A stretch of DNA of 64,000 nt, taken from positions 261-64,260 of the forward strand of contig JAAXWF010000002.1 of the NCBI GenBank assembly GCA_013335095.1. Direction: 5' to 3'. Below, in pieces: positions 1-9,910 of the stretch. The first letter of the stretch is position 1, and each line of letters opens with the position of its first letter. The position numbers and the translations under genes are program-made. Origin of the DNA: a candidate division WWE3 bacterium. GTDB lineage: Bacteria > Patescibacteriota > 4484-211 > GCA-002791395. The notes beneath the pieces are model-generated. The model did not search any database. It was not told the DNA's origin and saw nothing but the letters and a program-made list of their open reading frames with translations.

Positions 1-26
1 TACAATTTACCAAAGAGGAAGACAAA

Positions 27-596
27 TTAGTTATTTTTTATAAGTCCAAAGCGTGAGAACGGCCAATATCTAAAGAAAACTTTACCGATAATATTATCTT
101 CAGGTACGGTACCCCACTCACGAGAGTCGCTACTTTCATTTCGGTTATCTCCCATCACAAAATATTCATTTTGCTGAACATTGTACGACGTTCCTTCCTG
201 TAAAAAAGAATGAGCACTGGTATAACCAGATCGTGTATACGTCTCGTTAAGAGGGCCACCATCAATATAGACGATACCGTCACGGATAGAGATTTCTTCA
301 CCGGGTAAACCAATAACTCGCTTTATATACTCTTTACTGGGATCTTTAGGATACCGAAAAACAATTACGTCCCCGCGTTGTAAATCTGACCAATACGAAC
401 TAACTTTTTCGGTAAGTACATAATCACCATGTAAATAGGTAGGAAGCATACTGCCTCCATCAACCTGGTGAGGTTGGGCAACAAAAAAATAGATTACTGC
501 AAAAATCAGCACTGCAGCAGATATATTTATTAGTGTATCAAGAAAAAAAGAAAAACCTCCATGCGGCTGTTCTTCGGTCATCGGGGTAAAATCCAT
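27..596 (-). CDS. lepB: signal peptidase I
   Basis: N-terminal TM followed by S26 motifs GGSMLPT (catalytic Ser), YIKRVIGLPGE (catalytic Lys) and GDNRNESSDSREWG. Confidence 0.95.
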   Translation of the reverse strand: MDFTPMTEEQPHGGFSFFLDTLINISAAVLIFAVIYFFVAQPHQVDGGSMLPTYLHGDYVLTEKVSSYWSDLQRGDVIVFRYPKDPSKEYIKRVIGLPGEEISIRDGIVYIDGGPLNETYTRSGYTSAHSFLQEGTSYNVQQNEYFVMGDNRNESSDSREWGTVPEDNIIGKVFFRYWPFSRFGLIKNN

Positions 597-648
597 GTCT
601 CACCTATTGTACTCGGTGACACCATATTCGCCAAGCAGGAATAATAAT

Positions 649-681
649 GCCGGACAGATCATGGTGAGTGATCTATCCGGC
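649..681 (-). terminator. hairpin downstream of orphan ORF 687-1052
   Basis: GCCGGAcAGATCA...TGATCTaTCCGGC inverted repeat 5 nt past the stop; weak U-tract. Confidence 0.5.
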
Positions 682-686
682 TGTTT

Positions 687-1052
687 TCAACGGTACTGCT
701 TACCGTGCCACCGACTGGGGTTAGTCTGGGGGTCTACGATGTAGAAGTAGACCAGATTAACCCCGAGGATCAAGGCCAGGACCAGTGTGATGAAGCACCT
801 TAGTGGGCTTATTTCGTACACGCCGAACGCATACGCGAGCGACGCGACAAAGCCCGTCCACTGGACCTTGTGCACGGGCAGGTCTGACCAACGGAAGTTG
901 TGACACTGTTGAAGAGTGCCAAGGTTGCTGAGCAGGAGCCCCAGCAGAAGAAATCCGTTGTCGGATCTGGTGATAATTGCAGGCAAAACGCCCGCGGCCT
1001 GGATCATACCAGCGGCAACAAGATACCGCCGGTGGTTGCTGGAGATTCGCAT
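687..1052 (-). CDS. small orphan membrane protein (about 4 hydrophobic segments), GC-rich islet
   Basis: 121-aa ORF preceded by AAGGAGG-cgct-ATG and an upstream TATAAT; GC-richer than flanks. Confidence 0.65.
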   Translation of the reverse strand: MRISSNHRRYLVAAGMIQAAGVLPAIITRSDNGFLLLGLLLSNLGTLQQCHNFRWSDLPVHKVQWTGFVASLAYAFGVYEISPLRCFITLVLALILGVNLVYFYIVDPQTNPSRWHGKQYR

Positions 1053-1181
1053 AGCGCCTCCTTCTTTCCGTGAGGTTCCATGCTCCCAAAGGGAGCTTAG
1101 CGTAAAAACGCGTACTGACTATTATACAAAATGAAAGCGAATATATTGACTAAGACAACAAAGTAAGTATAAAATGATGTG

Positions 1182-1388
1182 ATGAACTGGTTAACTCAAA
1201 AGAGATTTTTATATCTTTCAATTATTTTAGTAGTATTTTTAATTGCCATACTTTCGATTGGATATATCTTCGAGTTCATCCCAGCAGATGAGTTTCAGTC
1301 ATATGTTTACAAAACAGTTGCCGCAGCGGGTGTGTTTATTTTGACCGCTGGCATAATAACCTTTTTTGCGAGGCCTCAAAATAAATAA
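1182..1388 (+). CDS. small 2-TM membrane protein
   Basis: Two hydrophobic helices; TTGACT(1146)-18-TAAAAT(1170)-6 nt-ATG(1182). Confidence 0.7.
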   Translation: MNWLTQKRFLYLSIILVVFLIAILSIGYIFEFIPADEFQSYVYKTVAAAGVFILTAGIITFFARPQNK

Positions 1389-1397
1389 AAAACTTAA

Positions 1398-2579
1398 TTA
1401 GATTTCTTTATCATATTCAATGTCCGAAATTTTGTATGAACGTCTTGTTGATATCCAGTTAATCAGATGATTTGCACTGAACCCAATTAATCCCAGAATA
1501 ATAACGTACATTAGTCCAAACACGGTAAGTTCAGGCACCGAAGTTGTAGTGAAAAGACCAATTAATGTCGCACCAACACCTATTGTTGTGACCACCGTTA
1601 GATTCTCAACCGAGCTCTGTGTCACTTGTGACTGGAGGTCTGTAAATAGCTGCAGTGCTGAGTTTACATAATTTTTAGTCATGACCCAAATCTGTTGAAG
1701 ATATGACAGAGTATCGCCTAAAGTTTCGTATCCATATGCGATAACATTATTGAATGGTACTAGTCGTTTATCAGTACGCGCTATTCGTTCTCTTGTATGT
1801 AAATAAGTGCCCATTTGATTCATCCTTGCCTCAATAAGATTGATGGTTTTTGCATAGCCCTCAACTTTATCACGAAAACTTGCAATCTCTGCTCCGTTTA
1901 TTTTCCCACGTTCTTTTACATCGGCTATTCGCTCCCAAATGATGCGATGTAAGTTGAGATAGCGATGTAATTGTCCCTTAAATTCCCTCAAAAATATTTG
2001 TTCTTCAATAAACCGGGCGGCATCTTCATGAGCTATTTGTTTTAGATTAATAATGTAAAATTTATCGCCTCTTACAATATCAAAACCATCATTATTTATT
2101 TCGAAATCCTTCGATTGATTGAAATCAGTAAAAACTCGCTCAATATCATTATGGGTAGCGTTCATTACTACGACAAAATAGGGGTATACCGTTTTAATAT
2201 TTGCAAGTTCTTTCGGCATTGGTGCGCCGAGACTAAATAAATAACTTATTGCTGGAGATAACTTATTTTCATAATAATTAGTTAAATCTTTAATGTCATT
2301 TGGCAAATTATCACCATGACTAAACGTATTTTTTAGTACAATCAACCCATCCTCAAATATTTTAAATGATATTTGGTTTTTAGTAATTACTTCAATATAT
2401 TCAAAACCATCTAATGAAAGTTTTAGTGATTCAATGTCGAGGGATTTTTGCAACTTAACAAGTTTTTTATGATCGAGTGATAGTGTCGACTTACCTTCAT
2501 TTAGAAAATAATGAATTTCTGATAAATGAAGAACTGTACGTTGAAACCATCCACCAATATAAGTACCTTGAATATCCAT
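1398..2579 (-). CDS. hypothetical protein with CorA-like layout (soluble domain, long helices, 2 C-terminal TMs)
   Basis: 393-aa ORF; C-terminal LTVVTTIGVGATLIGLF followed by a second TM; no GMN motif. Confidence 0.55.
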   Translation of the reverse strand: MDIQGTYIGGWFQRTVLHLSEIHYFLNEGKSTLSLDHKKLVKLQKSLDIESLKLSLDGFEYIEVITKNQISFKIFEDGLIVLKNTFSHGDNLPNDIKDLTNYYENKLSPAISYLFSLGAPMPKELANIKTVYPYFVVVMNATHNDIERVFTDFNQSKDFEINNDGFDIVRGDKFYIINLKQIAHEDAARFIEEQIFLREFKGQLHRYLNLHRIIWERIADVKERGKINGAEIASFRDKVEGYAKTINLIEARMNQMGTYLHTRERIARTDKRLVPFNNVIAYGYETLGDTLSYLQQIWVMTKNYVNSALQLFTDLQSQVTQSSVENLTVVTTIGVGATLIGLFTTTSVPELTVFGLMYVIILGLIGFSANHLINWISTRRSYKISDIEYDKEI

Positions 2580-2709
2580 TTGTTTTTTTATCGTAGAATA
2601 TTCTTCCTGATGTTACAAGAAGTAGGTTCTTTTTCTAACTTTGCGATGGTAGTATTATCCTATAACTGTAAAACACTGGATGCCAGATAATCTGGCGAGT
2701 AGGAGGTCT

Positions 2710-2937
2710 ATGTCACCGACAATTAGGGTGAGCGAAGGCACTATGGCCAAGATTCGGCAACTAGCCGAAGAACTGGGGGGAGTGACGATGTCGCAACTGG
2801 TGGACGATGCAGTCGAAGCATATCGTCGCCAGAAAATCCTCGAAGAAGCGAACAGGCAATATGCCCTGATTCGTGATCAGGAACCCGGGCTTCACCCGGA
2901 GTGGCCTTGGCTTGGGCCAGACCAAGTCCTAATCTAA
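2710..2937 (+). CDS. ribbon-helix-helix antitoxin-like protein
   Basis: AGGAGG at 2701 then ATG 2710; TIRVSEGTMAKIRQLAEELGGVTMSQLVDDAVEAYRRQKILEEAN has the RHH strand-helix-helix pattern. Confidence 0.7.
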   Translation: MSPTIRVSEGTMAKIRQLAEELGGVTMSQLVDDAVEAYRRQKILEEANRQYALIRDQEPGLHPEWPWLGPDQVLI

Positions 2938-2957
2938 AGTTGAAGAGAAACCAACAT

Positions 2958-2989
2958 GCGCTGGGACCACAAATCCCGGCGCTTTTTTT
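2958..2989 (+). terminator. intrinsic terminator
   Basis: GCGCTGGGA-ccacaaa-TCCCGGCGC followed by T7. Confidence 0.8.
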
Positions 2990-3022
2990 CCCAAAAAATG
3001 AATAATTGAATTGGTCATGAAA

Positions 3023-3100
<78 letters not shown>

Positions 3101-3157
3101 AAAACAGGACATTATTATAACGCTAATCTCACATACAAAAACAGGTATAATATCTTG

Positions 3158-4447
3158 GTGCCAAAACTACCAATATCAAATTTAACCAAAACCATTGGAC
3201 TTAATACTATTTATCAAGTTTTTGGCCGTTTTATAACAGCAATCACTGGATTATGGATCACCAGGTTAGTAATTAGCCACATGGGCGTTGATGGGTACGG
3301 GACATATCAAATCGCGATAAACTACGTCACCATATTCTGGATGCTTACCGACTTTGGCCTCAATGCGGTTGTAGTACGAGAAATGTCGGCGAATCCCGAA
3401 AAAGAAAATCAATTATTCGGTGGACTCGTAACCATGCGCACCGTGCTTAGCCTCATCATCATGATTATATCCTCCGCCGTACTCGTATTCTTGCCATACG
3501 CAATCGAACTCAAAATGGCAATCTTAATCGGAACGATCTCAATCATGACCCAAGGGATCAAAGGAGCAACACACGGTCTTCTACAATCACGGTTACGGTA
3601 CGATCTACAATTCTACGCAAGCTTTTGGGGATCGTTGGCTTTCGTTATTGCTACGTACGTCGTCTTACTTAAATATCCCGGAACAATACCGCTTGTAATT
3701 GCTTTTATCATAGGACAAATCATAATGATGGTTATTTCAGTATGGCAAGCCCACAACCTTTCCAGATTCCATTTTGATTGGAATAAAAAACAACTCAAGG
3801 AACTCTCAATAGCCACACTCCCACTGGGTATCTCACTTTTATTTAACCTGGGAAACTTTAAAACAGACTCTTTCCTTCTTTCGGTATTACCGATGGCTCA
3901 ATTTAGCAACGCGCAGGCAGTCGGAATGTACAATATCGCGTATAAATTTTTTGAATTCGGACTAATTGTCCCAACATTTTTTATGAATGCGGTATACCCA
4001 GTTATGGTCAAAGCCCATCATGAATCGCATAAAAAATTCTATTCGGTAGCATTTAAAGCATGGGGAGTACTCTTTACTGTCGGAGTTGCCGGAGCTCTTT
4101 TAACATGGGTACTCGCGCCGTACGTTATTCGGATTGTTGCCGACACCCCAGATTTTGGCCCTGCCGTTACCGCACTACGAATTCTGATGTCGGCCGCCCC
4201 AATTTTCTTCTCATCATCGCTATTAATGTGGGTGCTCTTAACACTTAATGGACAAAAGAAATTGATGTGGATATACGCTATCGCATTTGTTTTTAACGTC
4301 AGTGCCAACTTATTCTTGATTCCACGGTATTCATTTTATGGATCAGCGGTTGTTACAGGCGCATCAGAATTTATAATACTACTGTTACTCATGATTACAG
4401 TTTATCCAACGTGGAAAAAAGACCATACCCATTCGGCCCATGAATAA
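3158..4447 (+). CDS. oligosaccharide flippase (Wzx/MATE-like)
   Basis: About 12 TMs, motifs DFGLNAVVVRE and AVGMYNIAYKF; start GTG placed 6 nt after TATAAT (3146). Confidence 0.88.
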   Translation: MPKLPISNLTKTIGLNTIYQVFGRFITAITGLWITRLVISHMGVDGYGTYQIAINYVTIFWMLTDFGLNAVVVREMSANPEKENQLFGGLVTMRTVLSLIIMIISSAVLVFLPYAIELKMAILIGTISIMTQGIKGATHGLLQSRLRYDLQFYASFWGSLAFVIATYVVLLKYPGTIPLVIAFIIGQIIMMVISVWQAHNLSRFHFDWNKKQLKELSIATLPLGISLLFNLGNFKTDSFLLSVLPMAQFSNAQAVGMYNIAYKFFEFGLIVPTFFMNAVYPVMVKAHHESHKKFYSVAFKAWGVLFTVGVAGALLTWVLAPYVIRIVADTPDFGPAVTALRILMSAAPIFFSSSLLMWVLLTLNGQKKLMWIYAIAFVFNVSANLFLIPRYSFYGSAVVTGASEFIILLLLMITVYPTWKKDHTHSAHE

Positions 4448-5408
4448 ACGAATTACGATTGGCATACCTACATATAATGGGAAAAACCAATTAAAAGAGT
4501 TGCTCGATTCAATCCAAACAAGTTACGGTGACGATCTTAATTCTATTGAGACCATTGTTTCGGATGACGGGAGTATTGATGGAACTATCGAAATGGTTGA
4601 AACCCACTATCCATGGGTGATCCTTGAAAAAGTAGATCAGAATAAAGGAATTGCGCATGCTACTAAGCTAATCCTTGAATGCATGTCTGGAGACTATTTA
4701 CTGAGACTCGATGCAGATACGATTGTAAATCGAGAGGCAATCGAATACCTGATCAAATTCCTTGAAACACACCCTCAAGCGGGAGTGGTTGCCCCGCGAC
4801 TCATTGATAAAAATGACCGATTTCAACCATCCTATGAAACGCACCTTAAACATCCGTTAGAATGGTTTTGGGACTACGCATTATGGTTAAAAAAGATAGT
4901 TTCAAAGCAAAAGCGGTTGTTAGATGCAACGCATCAACCATTTATCGTAAGTTATTTAGCCTCAGCCGCAATTCTAATCCGAAAGGAAGCCATAGACCGT
5001 GTAGGCGGTCTTGATCCAGAGATGGAATTTTTTATGGAAGACGCTGATTGGATTATTAGAATTGGCAAGGCTGGATACGAAATTTGGTATGCCCCTCAGG
5101 TCAGTATAATTCATATTGGTGGTCAAAGCGGTTTGTTATACATTCACACACGAGATCGTTCATTAAAAAATCTGTACTACTTTTACGCGAAACATGTTCC
5201 CGGATGGTTAACACAATTCGAGCTGTTTCTAGCAATAATAAGCGGAAGTACAATAAGCCTAGTCATGGCTATATTGGCCTATCCAATTTTAATCTGGAAA
5301 CAAAATACCCGAGTAATTGATCTTCGTGCGATAAAAAGTTTTTTGAACGTATGGCAATGGCATATTAGCCGTATTGGCTCAAGAAAAATTCAAGGAGTGA
5401 TACAATAA
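4440..5408 (+). CDS. glycosyltransferase family 2
   Basis: IGIPTYN, VSDDGSIDGT, LDAD and FMEDAD motifs. Confidence 0.9.
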   Translation: MNKRITIGIPTYNGKNQLKELLDSIQTSYGDDLNSIETIVSDDGSIDGTIEMVETHYPWVILEKVDQNKGIAHATKLILECMSGDYLLRLDADTIVNREAIEYLIKFLETHPQAGVVAPRLIDKNDRFQPSYETHLKHPLEWFWDYALWLKKIVSKQKRLLDATHQPFIVSYLASAAILIRKEAIDRVGGLDPEMEFFMEDADWIIRIGKAGYEIWYAPQVSIIHIGGQSGLLYIHTRDRSLKNLYYFYAKHVPGWLTQFELFLAIISGSTISLVMAILAYPILIWKQNTRVIDLRAIKSFLNVWQWHISRIGSRKIQGVIQ

Positions 5409-5412
5409 ACGG

Positions 5413-6540
5413 GTGAATATACTGTTTGTTTCGCCCTATTACAAGCCTTATTTTGGTGGAATTGAACGAGTGATTGAAAAACTCGGACAACAATTTATTA
5501 AGCTCGATCACGCTACGATATCGGTTTTAACCTCTCGATGGTCATTTCCCAGACACTATGAACCGACATGGCCCGAGACTGAACATATTGACTATGAAGA
5601 TATATACCGCCTGCATTCGTTTCCATCAATCGCACCACCGTTTTTCCAAGTACCGTTAGTATGGTTCTCACCACACGAAATTAATAAGATTTTGGATGCA
5701 ATAAAGCCGGATGCTATTCAATTGATGAGCGACCGGTGGTTCTGGGTTAACTATTGGGTACTTCGTTGGGCTAAAAAAAACCATGTGCCAACTGTGTTTT
5801 CACTTTCATTTCATTCTCTCAGTAAAAATCAAAAGTTTTTGCGTCCAATAAACCATCGCATATTACCGATGGCGAACTGGATACACGCAATTACTGAACA
5901 CGAAAAACACCAGGTCGCATCCACTTACTCAATACCTGATTCCCAAATAAAGGTCATACCATGGGGGATTCAAAAAAATAATGAAGATAAAAAAGAGATT
6001 AATCAGGTTTTTAAAATAATTAGCGTCGGGCGCATCTCAAAACATAAAGGCCAGCTTTGGTTAGCCCAGCAATATCTTGAAGCGGATTTAAAAAAGCCAA
6101 CTGAACTAATCTTAATTGGCGCGATTGAAGAACCTTTAATCTCTGAACAGATTAAAATCCTGCCTATCCCAGAACATAAATCGATTACCATAACCGGAGA
6201 AGTTTCTGAAAAAATGCTGGCACAGGCGTACCAAACCGCCGATTTATTTGTCTTATTTCCTGAATATGAAGCATTTGGGCTTGTATTTTTAGAGGCGATG
6301 ATACAAGGAATACCCGTATTAACCCACAATGTCGGGGCGATCCAAGAGGTTCTCAAAGAAAACGCAATGGTAGTCGAAAAATATGATTCATCGAGTGCAA
6401 AGATTAATCTTGAACAATTGGTAAATAATGACCAGTTACGAAATGAACTCGGTCAAAAGGGGAAAAAGTACGTTGAAAACACATACTCCTGGCAACAAAC
6501 AGCAGAACAGTTTTTATCACTTTACAAAAATCATGAATAA
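5413..6540 (+). CDS. glycosyltransferase family 4
   Basis: FGGIER at the N-terminus, VGRISKHKG and EAFGLVFLEAM. Confidence 0.92.
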   Translation: MNILFVSPYYKPYFGGIERVIEKLGQQFIKLDHATISVLTSRWSFPRHYEPTWPETEHIDYEDIYRLHSFPSIAPPFFQVPLVWFSPHEINKILDAIKPDAIQLMSDRWFWVNYWVLRWAKKNHVPTVFSLSFHSLSKNQKFLRPINHRILPMANWIHAITEHEKHQVASTYSIPDSQIKVIPWGIQKNNEDKKEINQVFKIISVGRISKHKGQLWLAQQYLEADLKKPTELILIGAIEEPLISEQIKILPIPEHKSITITGEVSEKMLAQAYQTADLFVLFPEYEAFGLVFLEAMIQGIPVLTHNVGAIQEVLKENAMVVEKYDSSSAKINLEQLVNNDQLRNELGQKGKKYVENTYSWQQTAEQFLSLYKNHE

Positions 6541-7474
6541 TCAATGTTGTACGATAGTCATTACTGCATATAATAACGAACACACCATTCGCCAGAGCCT
6601 TGAATCATTTTTGAATCAAACGGCAATAAGCCAGATACAAGAAATAATCGTCGTGTCTGATGGATCAACAGATAATACCGAAATGATCGTTGAAGAGATA
6701 CGCAAAGGTTATCCAATAGTTAGATTAATTCGTCAGGGCAATTTGGGAGTTGCGGCGGCAAGAAATCAAGGCATGCGTGAAGCCAATAGCCCGATACTAC
6801 TTTACTCCCAAGCTGATATATTTGCCCAGCCAACGCTCATAGAACAACACATGCTTTTTCATGATGCCCATCAAGACATCCACGATGCTGCCGTTGGGTT
6901 TACGACGTGGTCAAAACAACTAACAATCACCCCATTCATGGAGTGGCTTGAAGACGGTGGTCCGCAGTTCAATTATCATCATCTAACGGACAACCAAATC
7001 ACAACGTTTGAGACGTTTTATACCACCAACATATCATTGAAAACTGAATTTTTACGTCAAAATAGCGGATTTGATGAATCATTTAAAATTGGCAATGGTA
7101 TAACGGCTTATGAAGATACGGAATTAGGATATCGATTATCCCAGCAGGGAATGAAGTTAACCTATTTAGCTAACGCAATTTGTTATCATCATCATCCTAA
7201 GAATGTATCCGCAGTCCTAAAGAGACGGTATTACGAAGGTTGGATGGCTCATAAATTACACAAAAAACACCCGTCGCTAACGTGGTCGCGTCGATTTTCG
7301 GACCTCCAACTATTCTTTATCACCATCCTAGTGATAAACCCAATTGTTTTTTTCCCCTTCATCCAACTCGTATATTACTACGAAACAAGACAAAGAGCCG
7401 ATAAACTATTTAAGTTAGTATGCCGCAGTACGTATAATTGGGGCTATCTAAAAGGTTTTTTTAACCCATTATGA
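6533..7474 (+). CDS. glycosyltransferase family 2
   Basis: VITAYN, SDGSTDNT, GVAAARNQG and YEDTELGYRL; ATG at 6533 overlaps the upstream gene end. Confidence 0.9.
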   Translation: MNNQCCTIVITAYNNEHTIRQSLESFLNQTAISQIQEIIVVSDGSTDNTEMIVEEIRKGYPIVRLIRQGNLGVAAARNQGMREANSPILLYSQADIFAQPTLIEQHMLFHDAHQDIHDAAVGFTTWSKQLTITPFMEWLEDGGPQFNYHHLTDNQITTFETFYTTNISLKTEFLRQNSGFDESFKIGNGITAYEDTELGYRLSQQGMKLTYLANAICYHHHPKNVSAVLKRRYYEGWMAHKLHKKHPSLTWSRRFSDLQLFFITILVINPIVFFPFIQLVYYYETRQRADKLFKLVCRSTYNWGYLKGFFNPL

Positions 7475-8676
7475 AAAAAATTGTTGTATTACTATTTAAT
7501 GTGTTCATTGTTTCTGTCGTTTTAGGACAATTAACCAGACTTCCTTTGCCGGGGGGAAGTGATGGAGCATTATTACTTCAAGATCTGGTACTTGTTGCTC
7601 TCGTGGCTAGTTGGGTAGTGTGGCGAGTAATGGGGGCAAAATCATTTAAAATCAATGGTCTCGATATCGGACCATTGTTCTTTATTTTTGTGACGTTTAT
7701 TTCACTTGTATATGCATTATCGTGGACGAATTTATCCGAATGGACAACTGGTTTGTTTTACTGGATACGACTATCAATGTATTTATCTCTATTTAAGATT
7801 ACCTCAGATTTGGTTAAGGATGCCAACTATAATCCCCAAAAGAATTTAACTAACGGAGGAGTAACATTTGCAGTAATCGGCTTATTACAATTTTTGCTAT
7901 TTCCCGATTTTTCAAAATATGTCCGACATGGTTGGGATCCGCATTACTACCGGGTTTTATCAACATTTTTTGATCCCAACTATGCAGGTCTGTTGTTGAC
8001 GTTCGCATTATTACTCATCTTGGATCAACTGTATCGCCGCAAAACATCAATACGACAAATTATGCAATTTGGCATAGTCGGACTTGCTACCGTACTTACA
8101 TTTTCTCGCAGTACCTACCTTGCCCTAATTACTGGGTTTGGCCTGTTTGGACTAATAAAAGACCGAAGAATTATACTCGCCATGATAATTGCCGGATCCC
8201 TAGTTATTGCAGCCGTTCCACGTGTAAGAGATCGGGTAGTGGGTGCCGTCACCGTTGATGAAACCGCACAGCTTCGTTTAATCAGCTATGTAAAAACATG
8301 GCAAATAATTGAAGACCATCCATTACTGGGTGTCGGGTTTAATACCTTCAGGTACGCCCAAGAGGATTATGGATATTTTAAGGATCAGCGTGGAGTTCCT
8401 CAAGAAAGCGGCCATGCGGGTGCCGGAGCAGATAATTCGTTCTTGTTTCTATGGGCGACGGGGGGACTACTCTCGGTACTAACTCTTTTTGGATGGTTTG
8501 TTGGTCTTTTTGTCTCAATGTGGAAAAATAAATACCGTGCATTACTACTTAGTACACTATGCGCATTTATCATCCATGCCCAATTTGTTAATTCATTCTT
8601 TTTTACTGGACTTCTGGCATGGTTTTTGATTACGACAAGCTATTTATTGAATCAAAAAGAAGGGAAGCATGCGTAA
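7471..8676 (+). CDS. O-antigen ligase/Wzy family membrane protein
   Basis: Multi-TM; RVLSTFFDPN, TFSRS and HPLLGVGFNTF motifs. Confidence 0.85.
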   Translation: MKKIVVLLFNVFIVSVVLGQLTRLPLPGGSDGALLLQDLVLVALVASWVVWRVMGAKSFKINGLDIGPLFFIFVTFISLVYALSWTNLSEWTTGLFYWIRLSMYLSLFKITSDLVKDANYNPQKNLTNGGVTFAVIGLLQFLLFPDFSKYVRHGWDPHYYRVLSTFFDPNYAGLLLTFALLLILDQLYRRKTSIRQIMQFGIVGLATVLTFSRSTYLALITGFGLFGLIKDRRIILAMIIAGSLVIAAVPRVRDRVVGAVTVDETAQLRLISYVKTWQIIEDHPLLGVGFNTFRYAQEDYGYFKDQRGVPQESGHAGAGADNSFLFLWATGGLLSVLTLFGWFVGLFVSMWKNKYRALLLSTLCAFIIHAQFVNSFFFTGLLAWFLITTSYLLNQKEGKHA

Positions 8677-9910
8677 CATACAACCAGAAAAAATTACCTT
8701 AGGATTACTCCTAATCTTAATTGCCTTATCACCACTATACATAATTCGTTGGAGTTATTTTGGGTTTGTACCGACCACACTACTCGAACTCTGTATCTGG
8801 ATAACAGCAGGATGGTGGAGCTATACCAAAATAAGCCAGCCATTCTGCTTGAAATTTGAATTAAATAAGCTCATGTTACTTGGCGTAACACTCATAATGG
8901 CTGGTGCAATCGTATCGGTTATGGTGGCCGACAATTTAATTGCAGCGGCAGGGATTTACCGGGCCTACTTTTTTGAACCATTCCTAATATTTGTCGTTTT
9001 AGCCGACACTCTGGCAAGTTTTTCAACAATTCCAGTGAGGATTGGTGGATTTTCCTATACGGCAATAGAATGGGTACAAAAGGCACTATTATTTACCGCT
9101 CTATGGTTATCAATAATTGGTATCAGTCAGTTCATCTTTACCTGGCCAATATTCACGAGTCATCAAGCGGATAGAGCGCATGGTGTCTACAATAACGGAA
9201 ATGCTCTTGCACTTTTTATTGGGCCGATATTATCTATCCAAATAATACAGTTCATTCGAACGCATCAGGTTAAATTTTGGCCATTTATTTTCGTGTGTAT
9301 ACAGATTGGTGCTCTTATCATGAGCAAATCATCGGGAGGTATGATCGCATTCATTTCTACGATTGGGATCATATACCTTGGAACTAAGATACATAAAAAA
9401 CTGCCTCAGGCACTCTATGTCATTGTTTGCGTAACATTTATTTCCTTTCTCATAAATATTTCTACATTTACATATAAGACAGACAATCCATGGGTTCGGC
9501 ATGGAGGCACAATGCAAATACGTTTCTGTGTATGGGAAGGAACGAAAAATTTACTCAAAGATCATTGGGTTACCGGTAGTAGTTTGTCAGGATTCCAACA
9601 GATGTACTCTCAAAACTATACAACATGTGATGCAGAACCTCTGGTCTATCCGCATAACTGGATTCTCAATAGTTGGACCGAAACGGGCATTCTTGGACTT
9701 GTCGGTATGATTTTAACGATTTTTGTTGGATTATCATCCTTAGGCAATCCGATAACGCCATACTTTGTGTATTTCTTTATTCACGGACTCGTTGATGTAC
9801 CGTATTTTAAAAATGATTTATCGTTACTCTTTTGGATAATGATTGCGTTATGGTGGTGGTACGATTTCCAAACTACTCAGAAGCAGGTGTTGGAGAAGGA
9901 GAAAAATTAA
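8669..9910 (+). CDS. O-antigen ligase/Wzy family membrane protein
   Basis: Multi-TM; RAHGVYNNGN and YPHNWILNSWTETGILG motifs. Confidence 0.85.
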   Translation: MRNIQPEKITLGLLLILIALSPLYIIRWSYFGFVPTTLLELCIWITAGWWSYTKISQPFCLKFELNKLMLLGVTLIMAGAIVSVMVADNLIAAAGIYRAYFFEPFLIFVVLADTLASFSTIPVRIGGFSYTAIEWVQKALLFTALWLSIIGISQFIFTWPIFTSHQADRAHGVYNNGNALALFIGPILSIQIIQFIRTHQVKFWPFIFVCIQIGALIMSKSSGGMIAFISTIGIIYLGTKIHKKLPQALYVIVCVTFISFLINISTFTYKTDNPWVRHGGTMQIRFCVWEGTKNLLKDHWVTGSSLSGFQQMYSQNYTTCDAEPLVYPHNWILNSWTETGILGLVGMILTIFVGLSSLGNPITPYFVYFFIHGLVDVPYFKNDLSLLFWIMIALWWWYDFQTTQKQVLEKEKN

